64,000 nt of DNA from Spirochaetia bacterium (GTDB lineage: Bacteria; Patescibacteriota; Microgenomatia; UBA1400; MFAQ01): contig DATIKJ010000051.1 in assembly GCA_035477615.1 (NCBI GenBank), positions 1,009 through 65,008 on the forward strand, in the 5' to 3' direction. The notes under the pieces are model-generated. The model had not been told where the DNA came from, did no database searches, and was given only the letters and a program-made list of their open reading frames with translations. How positions within the stretch are numbered: the stretch's first letter is position 1; every line of letters begins with the position of its first letter. This document shows positions 26,884 through 34,517 of the stretch, piece after piece. The position numbers and the translations under genes were made by a program.

Positions 26884-29208
26884 TTAAAGATTACTTCTTT
26901 TTTGAATTTCCTCCTCTACCTCATTCACATCTCTACCGTACTTCAATCTTGACAGTTCTTTAATCATTCTAGAAATTTCAGGGCTACCTTGGGCCTTCTC
27001 TGCCTTTAAATCACGTTCTACATTCATCGAAAAAGGAGGTACTGGTGACTCATTTATAATCGTTTTTGTATAAACAATACGCGCAGGAACATTAGTTAAA
27101 TCACTTTCATTAAAAGTTGGCTCAAACTCCTTAGTCAAAATCTGAGCATCTTGCATACCAACACGATATGTCATTAAAGTACCAACATTTCCAAATATGG
27201 CGTCACGGATATTTTCATCAAGCTGACTAATAAATTGATTGGCCAAAGTAAGTGATACATTATACTTACGCACTTCTGAAAGCATCTGAGCAAAGTCAGG
27301 AGTAGCAAAGTTCTGAAACTCATCAACATATAAATTAAATGGCGGTCTTTGTTCTACTGATACGTTTTGTCGCGATAAAGCCGCCGCCAAAATTTTTGGT
27401 ATTAAAATCAATCCAAGAAAACTGGCATCTTCTTCTCCTAAAAGACCCTTAGCCAACTTCAAGAAAACAATCTTTTTGTTATCCATCGCCTCGCGGAAAT
27501 TTAGAGTACTCTTTGATTGACCAATGATATTTCTCACCCTTTTATTAGTAACAAAGCGTCCAAACTTTGAAGAAATATAGTCTAGTGTTTCACTTTTATG
27601 AAAGTCTGAAGTCTGAGCAATCTGATCCGTCCAATAGCGTCTTACAATTTGATCCTTTACTAAAGGTAGTATTTCCTGTACATACTTTTGGTCAGTCAAC
27701 GCACGGTTTACCTCTATAAACGTCGACCCAGGGACCATCGCCACAGTCAACATAGCATTACGAACAGCATGTTCAAATCGAGCCCCAATCATGCCAGTTC
27801 TGTGTGGATCAAACAGTTTATACATAAGGTTAATAATTGAAGATGCCACCTGGTACATTTCGTCATAATTATTTACCTCGAGCATATTAAATCCAATTGG
27901 TCTATCATCATCAGTTGGATCAAAGAAAATTACATCTTCAGCTCTCTCGGGGGGAACTAATTCCATCAACTCTTCAATACCCTCACCATGAGGCTCCAAG
28001 AAACACAACCCCCTCCCTGCTCTCATGTCTTGAATAATCATCGACTTTAAAAGCTGGGTTTTACCAGTACCAGTCCTTCCAATGATATACATATGGCGCA
28101 TTCTGTCTCGATCACCCATATATATATTCCTCTCCTGACCACGATACATCGATCTACCAAGCCACAATCCGTTATCGGGAAAACCTCCTGTCGCTGGAGC
28201 TGCCTTGGCTGTCAACCAATATATATGTGGAGTATCGATAGTCTTATTTGGTAAATGCCAAATAGTAGCCAGCTCATCGGTTGATAATACCGAGTTATTC
28301 CCCCACATGTTTTGATAACGATACAAAAAATCCACCATAAACATTTGTTTCAACCGAATATTTCTACTCGAAAAACTATTCTGACTTCCAGCAAACTGTG
28401 AAAATGTTCCCTTTAAATTTGAAAGATTGGCCTTCGCCATTCCTTCATTTGGAGCTACACTGATTATCCTTATACTCGTCAAAAATCCTACCTTACTACA
28501 TTTATTAGTGATTGCCTCCATCTCTTGTGGATTCATCTTAAACTTCGCCTTCTCTGGATTTGCCTCATCTTTCTTCAAACGAGCCACATAACCTTCACCC
28601 GACTTACTCCAAGAAGACTCTGCTGGTGAAATAATTATCTGAATTGCCGCCGCCTCATTATCTCCAAACTTCGCCAGTGAAGCCGTAATTGCTGCCAAAG
28701 AATCAACTGGTAGCTCTTTGTATGACTTGATTGGTTTAAAACTTGGGTTCTTCAAAGCCAACTCTGTAAAGGCCACTGCCGCATCTTTATAAAAAATATT
28801 GTACTCATCAACTTGTTTAACTTGTGCCCCAGAATACGTCCCTGCAATCAGTTTTTCCACCAACTCCACATTATCTCTGTGGCACGACACATAAAATCGA
28901 ATATCTTCTTTTTTACCCACAATCTCGAGGGACAGATGTTGTTGTGATTTATATTTCTGCCAAAAACCACCTTTTTTAATCGAAAACAAAGAAGAAAACA
29001 TCTGTTCTACTGCGTCAACCTTAACTTCATTATCCTTCGGTACCGCAATCTCCATCAGTACAAAATTCATACTCACCGTTTCTCTATTTCTGTGTCTAAG
29101 CCACAAAACAAACATCATCCAACAAAAAATTAGTGCACCAATGACCACAATCAGTCCTAAAATAATTACTGCTGTGTACTGAATCCAATAACTGTAGTTA
29201 TTGATCAT
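26884..29208 (-). CDS. Type IV coupling protein-like ATPase (VirD4/TraG/TraD family, FtsK-HerA superfamily) with large atypical N-terminal domain
   Basis: 774 aa; N-terminal TM segment, about 340 aa unknown domain, Walker A GRTGTGKTQ, DPxGE-like FLEPHGE, Walker B LYVDEFQNF, TraG-D_C-like segment (RKYNVSLTLANQFISQL); about 265 aa spacing between Walker A and Walker B, as in T4CPs rather than FtsK. Confidence 0.7.
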   Translation of the reverse strand: MINNYSYWIQYTAVIILGLIVVIGALIFCWMMFVLWLRHRNRETVSMNFVLMEIAVPKDNEVKVDAVEQMFSSLFSIKKGGFWQKYKSQQHLSLEIVGKKEDIRFYVSCHRDNVELVEKLIAGTYSGAQVKQVDEYNIFYKDAAVAFTELALKNPSFKPIKSYKELPVDSLAAITASLAKFGDNEAAAIQIIISPAESSWSKSGEGYVARLKKDEANPEKAKFKMNPQEMEAITNKCSKVGFLTSIRIISVAPNEGMAKANLSNLKGTFSQFAGSQNSFSSRNIRLKQMFMVDFLYRYQNMWGNNSVLSTDELATIWHLPNKTIDTPHIYWLTAKAAPATGGFPDNGLWLGRSMYRGQERNIYMGDRDRMRHMYIIGRTGTGKTQLLKSMIIQDMRAGRGLCFLEPHGEGIEELMELVPPERAEDVIFFDPTDDDRPIGFNMLEVNNYDEMYQVASSIINLMYKLFDPHRTGMIGARFEHAVRNAMLTVAMVPGSTFIEVNRALTDQKYVQEILPLVKDQIVRRYWTDQIAQTSDFHKSETLDYISSKFGRFVTNKRVRNIIGQSKSTLNFREAMDNKKIVFLKLAKGLLGEEDASFLGLILIPKILAAALSRQNVSVEQRPPFNLYVDEFQNFATPDFAQMLSEVRKYNVSLTLANQFISQLDENIRDAIFGNVGTLMTYRVGMQDAQILTKEFEPTFNESDLTNVPARIVYTKTIINESPVPPFSMNVERDLKAEKAQGSPEISRMIKELSRLKYGRDVNEVEEEIQKRSNL

Positions 29209-29570
29209 TTTGTTTCAGAAGGAAGATAAAACACTCTCCCTGGGTATTTTTTAATCATCATCACACACCACTCCGAAAGCCAACGCACACTTTCCCACAC
29301 TCCCTTATGCAACCCATCAACTACTTCTTGCTTATCCAGTGGCAACACAATACTTGGTTTCGTTTGTATCGCAAACTGCGCTGACACTATTTTTCCCATA
29401 TCTCCAACCTGATTATCAGTAGGTGGTTTTGTTTGTTGAGATTGTGTATTGGCTGGCTGTTGTGTTTCAACTTGCTTTTCCACCTTTTCCACGTAACTTA
29501 CCTGCTCAACAGGTTGAGTTATTCCTTCAGGTATAAGTGGATGTTCAATTTCCTTACCTACGGCAGGCAT
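29205..29570 (-). CDS. Hypothetical protein, Gln/Pro-rich N-terminus, coupled to downstream T4CP-like gene
   Basis: 121 aa; 4-nt overlap with the ATPase gene. Confidence 0.4.
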   Translation of the reverse strand: MPAVGKEIEHPLIPEGITQPVEQVSYVEKVEKQVETQQPANTQSQQTKPPTDNQVGDMGKIVSAQFAIQTKPSIVLPLDKQEVVDGLHKGVWESVRWLSEWCVMMIKKYPGRVFYLPSETK

Positions 29571-29584
29571 ACTTCTACTATACC

Positions 29585-30136
29585 TTAAAAGTCGAGTCCA
29601 GAAACAGCCAATACACCCTTGTCGTATGGGTGTTTTATTTTCTTCATTTCCGTCACCAGATCCGCAATTTCTTTTATCTCCCGAGGACAGTCATGTCCCG
29701 TTAAAACAACATGTGTTTTATCTCTCATCTTGACTATCTCTAAAACATCCTCTATGGTTAAAAGTCTGTCATTTACCGCTCTTAATACTTCATCAAGCAC
29801 TAAAAGATCCACCATACCCCCAGTACCCTCTTTTCCAAACAAAACACTCTTTGCTAATAAAATACCAGATATAGCCGCATTTTTATGCCCATCTGGGGTA
29901 TCGTGATCTATCGGACCACCATAAAATCCTTTTCCTATCCAGTACATCTTCAAATCATTTTGAAATGTCTTTGGAAGTTTCATCTCTGAAATTTTCCAAG
30001 ATTTTTCTTTATACCAAGAAATCCAGACTACTTTTTTTTTGTTTAAAAGCATTCGCACAGTTACTCCTAAAGCTGCGCTAGTTTTCCCCTTTCCATATCC
30101 TTCAAAAACATAAACCAAGCCTTCTTTGATCTTCAT
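29585..30136 (-). CDS. Cob(I)alamin/corrinoid adenosyltransferase (CobO/CobA/BtuR type)
   Basis: P-loop GYGKGKTSAALG, VLDE, VVLTGHDCP, ADLVTEMKKIKHPYDKG; start set at MKIKEG (30136); the ORF-track N-terminal extension to 30238 runs over an AT-rich promoter-like region. Confidence 0.85.
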   Translation of the reverse strand: MKIKEGLVYVFEGYGKGKTSAALGVTVRMLLNKKKVVWISWYKEKSWKISEMKLPKTFQNDLKMYWIGKGFYGGPIDHDTPDGHKNAAISGILLAKSVLFGKEGTGGMVDLLVLDEVLRAVNDRLLTIEDVLEIVKMRDKTHVVLTGHDCPREIKEIADLVTEMKKIKHPYDKGVLAVSGLDF

Positions 30137-30441
30137 ATAAAAATAATACACCTCATCCCCAAAAAATAGTTTTGTAATATACAAAACACACTCAAATATA
30201 TAAAAAACTATAGTGTCTAGACACTGTCGTTCAACCAATCCTTAACCAAAAAATGATGCCATTATCAAAAAACAAAAAAAGATTGATACAAAGCGAAAAA
30301 AACCATAAAACCACCTCTTAGCAATGTCAACAAAAGACTGATAGTAATCACAATTACCTAATACCATTAAATACTATCCAAAGAGACTTGTCAAATTACT
30401 CACCGATATCATCAAACTACATCATATCAGTTCCAAATATA

Positions 30442-32865
30442 TCAGCATTTACTTGCACCGCAAGAGTAACATTTCTGACACCCTTCCTCCAAGACCAAAC
30501 TAGCCTGTCCACACTCAGGGCAAAGGTCCCCTTTCTTAATCTTTAAAGGTAGCTCTTGTTGCGTTGCCAGTAGTTCTGGTTTACTCTCACTAATCACCGC
30601 CGGTATACTCTCATCTACCCTTACATACTCACGTAACACCTTTGCCACTCCATCAGCCAGACTTCTTACTCTGTTATTTCCAAACCCCACACTATCTGCT
30701 CCGCCGATTCCCGACAACTGATCAACTACTGCTTCAGCTACTGCCTTAGCCGGATACTGAGAAGGAACCCTAAGAGACAATGAAATCAGTCTTCCAATAG
30801 CTTCGGCATCTGCCATCACGTGTGATCCTGCCTTACCTACATTTATAAAAACCTCAAAAGGATTCCCTTGTTCGTCAGCATTGATCACTACAAAGGCAGT
30901 ACCTACCGGTGTCTGTATCTTGTATGTGTTTCCCTGCAATTTACTTGGTCTCACTCGCATATCTACAGTTTCTACTTCTTTCTCGACCATCATTTCTTCT
31001 TTCTTCGTACCCACATTCAAAACTTGCCACTCCTTACAACCATCTCTATATATTGTAATTCCCATACAACCCAGTTCATAAGCCGACAAATATGCCTTGG
31101 CTACATCATCTACTACTGCTTCACTTGGAAGATTGATTGTTTTACTTACAGCGTTATCCAAGTTCTTCTGCCAAGCCGCCTGCATTTTTACATGCCACTC
31201 AGGAGAGATTTCATGAGCTGTCACCAATACTTTTTGCCATTTCTCTGGTACCTCAGAAACACCATGTACACTTCCAGTTTCTGCCACCTGAGCCATTAGC
31301 TTTTCACTCCAAAATCCCTCTCTTTTTGCTACCTGCTCAAAAGCTGGATCAGCAAAAAATAATTCACGATTAAGCGACTCGTCTTTCACCATATGTTTAT
31401 AAGCCAAAGCAAACACAGGCTCACAACCACCACTTGTATTAGCAATTATGCCAATCGACCCTGTTGGAGCTATCGTGGTGATTGCCGCATTTCTAATCGG
31501 TTCTTCATCTTTAAAGATACTTTCACCAAATAAGGGAAAAGCGCCACGTACCTTTGCCAAATCCCGACTCTCTTGATGAGCGGCATCATTAATTGTCTTC
31601 ATAATCTTCTCTGCCAATTTCAATGCCTCCTCTGAGTTGTACGGTACTCCCAAAAGATAAAGCATGTCCGCCCAACCACCAATTCCCAACCCCACTCTTC
31701 TAATTGACCTTACAGTGTCCCAAACCTGTTTCAAAGGATATGGATTAATCTCTATTACATCGTCCAAAAATCTTACCGCCTCACCTGCCGCTTTTTTCAG
31801 CTCTTCCCAGTCCACTACCTGCTTTCCATCTACTTCCTTCACAAAATAATTTAAGAAAATACTACCCAAATTACATGCATCAAATGGATATAGTGGCTGT
31901 TCTCCACACGGATTAGTACTTTCCACTGGACCCAAACTCGGCACTGGATTAGCCGCACTAGCGTTCACTCTATCTATAAAAATCATGCCAGGATCACCCG
32001 ACTGCCATGCACTCTCACAAATAAGATCAAAAATTTCTCTGGCATTTTCCTGGCGCACCACTTTTCCTGAGTGTGGCTCAATCAAGTCATACATTCCACC
32101 CTCAGCAACCGCTTTCATAAAAACGTCTGTTGCCGCAACCGAGATATTAAAATTTGTCAAACCTCCATCCAGCTTACATGTAATAAAGTCGCGCACATCT
32201 GGATGGTCAATTCGTAAAATTCCCATATTGGCCCCTCGACGTGTACCCCCTTGCTTGATCTGTTGAGTGGCTTCATTGAACACTTTCATAAAACTAATTG
32301 GTCCGCTTGCCACTCCTCTACTTCTTTTTACAGCCGCCCCTTTTTGACGTAATCGGCTAAAAGAAAATCCAGTGCCACCTCCAGACTGATGAATAATAGC
32401 TTGAAACTTTATAGCGTCAAAGATGCCCTCCAAAGAATCAGGAACAGGAATCACAAAACATCCTGAATACTGCAAACCGTTATTCTTTCCTGCATTCATC
32501 AAAGTTGGTGAGTTGGGCAAGAATTTACGACTACTCATCAATTTATAAAAACTTTTTGCTGTCTCTGTGATCTCTTCGATCGAAGATCCAAAACGTGCCT
32601 CTGCACTGGCGATTGCAAATGACACTCGCCACATCAACTCATCAGGTGTTTCGATTACTTCTCCCTCATTATTTTTATCCAAATATCTTTCTCTTAGTAC
32701 TTTTACGGCCTGAGTAGACCAATCCCCAGGAACTAGACTCTCTGGTATTGGTGGCATCTCCCCAACCTTTTTATTTACTTCGGCCATTACTTCTTCATAA
32801 GTCTCGGCAATAATCTTATCTTCTTTTTTATTCATATTTTGGTAAATAGTTGATGATACTGACAT
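30442..32865 (-). CDS. nrdJ: Adenosylcobalamin-dependent (class II) ribonucleotide reductase
   Basis: 807 aa; NPCGEQPL active-site loop, class II architecture, C-terminal redox Cys zinc-ribbon tail CPECG...CYSCG. Confidence 0.9.
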   Translation of the reverse strand: MSVSSTIYQNMNKKEDKIIAETYEEVMAEVNKKVGEMPPIPESLVPGDWSTQAVKVLRERYLDKNNEGEVIETPDELMWRVSFAIASAEARFGSSIEEITETAKSFYKLMSSRKFLPNSPTLMNAGKNNGLQYSGCFVIPVPDSLEGIFDAIKFQAIIHQSGGGTGFSFSRLRQKGAAVKRSRGVASGPISFMKVFNEATQQIKQGGTRRGANMGILRIDHPDVRDFITCKLDGGLTNFNISVAATDVFMKAVAEGGMYDLIEPHSGKVVRQENAREIFDLICESAWQSGDPGMIFIDRVNASAANPVPSLGPVESTNPCGEQPLYPFDACNLGSIFLNYFVKEVDGKQVVDWEELKKAAGEAVRFLDDVIEINPYPLKQVWDTVRSIRRVGLGIGGWADMLYLLGVPYNSEEALKLAEKIMKTINDAAHQESRDLAKVRGAFPLFGESIFKDEEPIRNAAITTIAPTGSIGIIANTSGGCEPVFALAYKHMVKDESLNRELFFADPAFEQVAKREGFWSEKLMAQVAETGSVHGVSEVPEKWQKVLVTAHEISPEWHVKMQAAWQKNLDNAVSKTINLPSEAVVDDVAKAYLSAYELGCMGITIYRDGCKEWQVLNVGTKKEEMMVEKEVETVDMRVRPSKLQGNTYKIQTPVGTAFVVINADEQGNPFEVFINVGKAGSHVMADAEAIGRLISLSLRVPSQYPAKAVAEAVVDQLSGIGGADSVGFGNNRVRSLADGVAKVLREYVRVDESIPAVISESKPELLATQQELPLKIKKGDLCPECGQASLVLEEGCQKCYSCGASKC

Positions 32866-32869
32866 TTTG

Positions 32870-33346
32870 TTAATGAGTAGTTGTTAATCTTTTTGATCCA
32901 GCCACAAACTCTTGAAACTCACGAGCATCAGCAAAATCTAAGTAAACGCTTGCGAATCTCATGTAAGCCAAATCATCAATTCTCAGCAATCGAGACAGCA
33001 CCATCTTTCCGATATCGCTCGACTTTATCTCCACCGTTTTTCTATTTAACAACTTCGTTTCAATCTCATCCACCAGATTCTCAATCTCTCCTTCATCAAC
33101 CTTCCTTTTATAACAAGCTTTCTTAATTCCTTTTAGTAGTTTTTCTCTATCGTACTGCTCTACTTTACCGTTCTTTTTGATTACTTTCAAATCAATATTT
33201 ACCACTCTCTCATGGGTCGTAAATCTTTTTCCACACTTTTTACACTCTCGTCTGCGACGAATACCATCCTCTCCAGGCAAACCTCGACTTTCAAGTACCG
33301 ATGTATCTTCGTTGCAACAATATGGACAATTCATAATTAAACACAA
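32870..33346 (-). CDS. nrdR: Transcriptional repressor NrdR
   Basis: 158 aa; N-terminal zinc ribbon MNCPYC..C, then ATP-cone domain; 4 nt upstream of nrdJ. Confidence 0.9.
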   Translation of the reverse strand: MCLIMNCPYCCNEDTSVLESRGLPGEDGIRRRRECKKCGKRFTTHERVVNIDLKVIKKNGKVEQYDREKLLKGIKKACYKRKVDEGEIENLVDEIETKLLNRKTVEIKSSDIGKMVLSRLLRIDDLAYMRFASVYLDFADAREFQEFVAGSKRLTTTH

Positions 33347-33350
33347 TATT

Positions 33351-33366
33351 TAGTGTCGGATATTAT
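33351..33366 (-). promoter_or_regulatory. NrdR box (operator)
   Basis: Minus-strand ACACTAAATATTGTGT, 15/16 match to consensus acaCwAtATaTwGtgt, located -22..-7 relative to nrdR ATG and just downstream of a TAATAT -10-like hexamer. Confidence 0.6.
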
Positions 33367-33454
33367 CATGTAACACTACCCCTAGTAATGCAACTGCCAC
33401 ATACCATATCACAAAACGTCATTAAGGCCAATCTCCGCAAATTCTTCTTCAATC

Positions 33455-33482
33455 CATACAAAAGGGCGGCTCTTCGCCGCCC
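33455..33482 (-). terminator. Intrinsic terminator (GGGCGGC-gaaga-GCCGCCC + TTTTGT) upstream of nrdR
   Basis: 7-bp GC stem, 5-nt loop, T-run on minus strand. Confidence 0.5.
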
Positions 33483-33489
33483 AAACAAC

Positions 33490-33546
33490 TTACTCTTCTC
33501 TTGGGGCAATCCACTCAGGCACTTCTTCAAGCATTATTGATAACAT
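33490..33546 (-). CDS. Candidate 18-aa sORF (MLSIMLEEVPEWIAPREE) with consensus SD
   Basis: AGGAGGT - 3 nt - ATG; stop 7 nt before the terminator hairpin. Confidence 0.2.
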   Translation of the reverse strand: MLSIMLEEVPEWIAPREE

Positions 33547-33651
33547 CCAACCTCCTAATGCTTCTTTATCTTCATGGTCAATATCAAAACTGCCCAACAA
33601 ACCATGGAAACACCTTAGCTGCTTCTGTCTTTCTTCCTTATCTTCTTGGCG

Positions 33652-33870
33652 CTATTTCCAATTGGAAATACTTCCCCCTCTACAAAACAACTTGGAAGCA
33701 TAACTGGACCAAGGGTTATCATTTTGAAACTCTCGTGGGCACAAACCCACTAATTCTTTTTCATTTGAGAGACCACCAAACGGTTGTGGTATTCCAGAAA
33801 ATAAAATTTTCATTTTTTCAGAGTCTAAAATTAATCTCCCCTTACCAACTACAGAACTTTTTACCATCAC
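33652..33870 (-). CDS. Candidate small secreted/peptide-precursor-like protein (72 aa) with Gly-Gly motif
   Basis: Perfect SD AGGAGG 5 nt upstream of GTG-ATG start; sequence MMVKSS...GIPQPFGG / LSNEKELVGLCPREFQNDNPWSSYASKLFCRGGSISNWK; directly downstream of CPBP protease gene. Confidence 0.35.
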   Translation of the reverse strand: MMVKSSVVGKGRLILDSEKMKILFSGIPQPFGGLSNEKELVGLCPREFQNDNPWSSYASKLFCRGGSISNWK

Positions 33871-33912
33871 TACCTCCTATTAAGTTTGAAAGTACCCTCA
33901 GATTATACATCT

Positions 33913-34512
33913 CTATCCCAAAACCGCCAAATTCATTCCCAACCGAGCCAAGATCGATCCAGCCACGTTTTCCGATTTTACTCTAATCCAAGCACCAATC
34001 ACCCCACTTACCAAGGTTATCACCAAAGCTCCTAAAACCTCTATTCCTCCCGCTTGATAAACAAAAATCAATATCGGCAAACGAATTATCACCGCCATCA
34101 AGCCTACAATTATCAAGTTAAACCATCTTCCTTTTTGTATTTTTTCCAGATACCCGGCCACAAAACCACTAAAAGTAAGCTCTTCTGTCACAGCCGTAGC
34201 CACAGCCACCCCCATTAAATTAAAATCAAACTGAAAGTTTCCCCAGTTATTAAATCTCAAGACAACAAAATAACCTACTCCCATCACCAGTCCTAAAATC
34301 AAAGACTCTCCCCACTTTTTTCCAAACATTACTATTTTTTCTTTAAGCGCCAAATTCCACCAAAACAGTGGCACTAACCACAACATAGGTTTAAACCATA
34401 GCTCCTCAATTACTTCCGGTAAGCGAATAAAGTAGCGAAAACTTCCCCATATCAGTACCAGATATATATAGTAAAGCCAAAGTCGTTTCACAACTTCATC
34501 GTACCATAGCAT
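33913..34512 (-). CDS. CPBP (CAAX protease / Abi) family intramembrane metalloprotease
   Basis: 199 aa, multi-TM; conserved EExxxR/FxxxH-type motifs (AVTEELTFSGF). Confidence 0.75.
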   Translation of the reverse strand: MLWYDEVVKRLWLYYIYLVLIWGSFRYFIRLPEVIEELWFKPMLWLVPLFWWNLALKEKIVMFGKKWGESLILGLVMGVGYFVVLRFNNWGNFQFDFNLMGVAVATAVTEELTFSGFVAGYLEKIQKGRWFNLIIVGLMAVIIRLPILIFVYQAGGIEVLGALVITLVSGVIGAWIRVKSENVAGSILARLGMNLAVLG

Positions 34513-34517
34513 ATATA

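Noticed and set aside
29585-30238. 217-aa version of the CobO ORF
   Set aside because: The 34-codon N-terminal extension runs through AT-rich promoter-like sequence and is not part of the adenosyltransferase fold; the start at MKIKEG (30136) is preferred.
33501-33986. 161-aa plus-strand ORF in the nrdR-CPBP spacer
   Set aside because: Leu/Ser-rich low-complexity product with no SD. The same DNA carries better-supported minus-strand features (SD-led sORFs, terminator, NrdR box).
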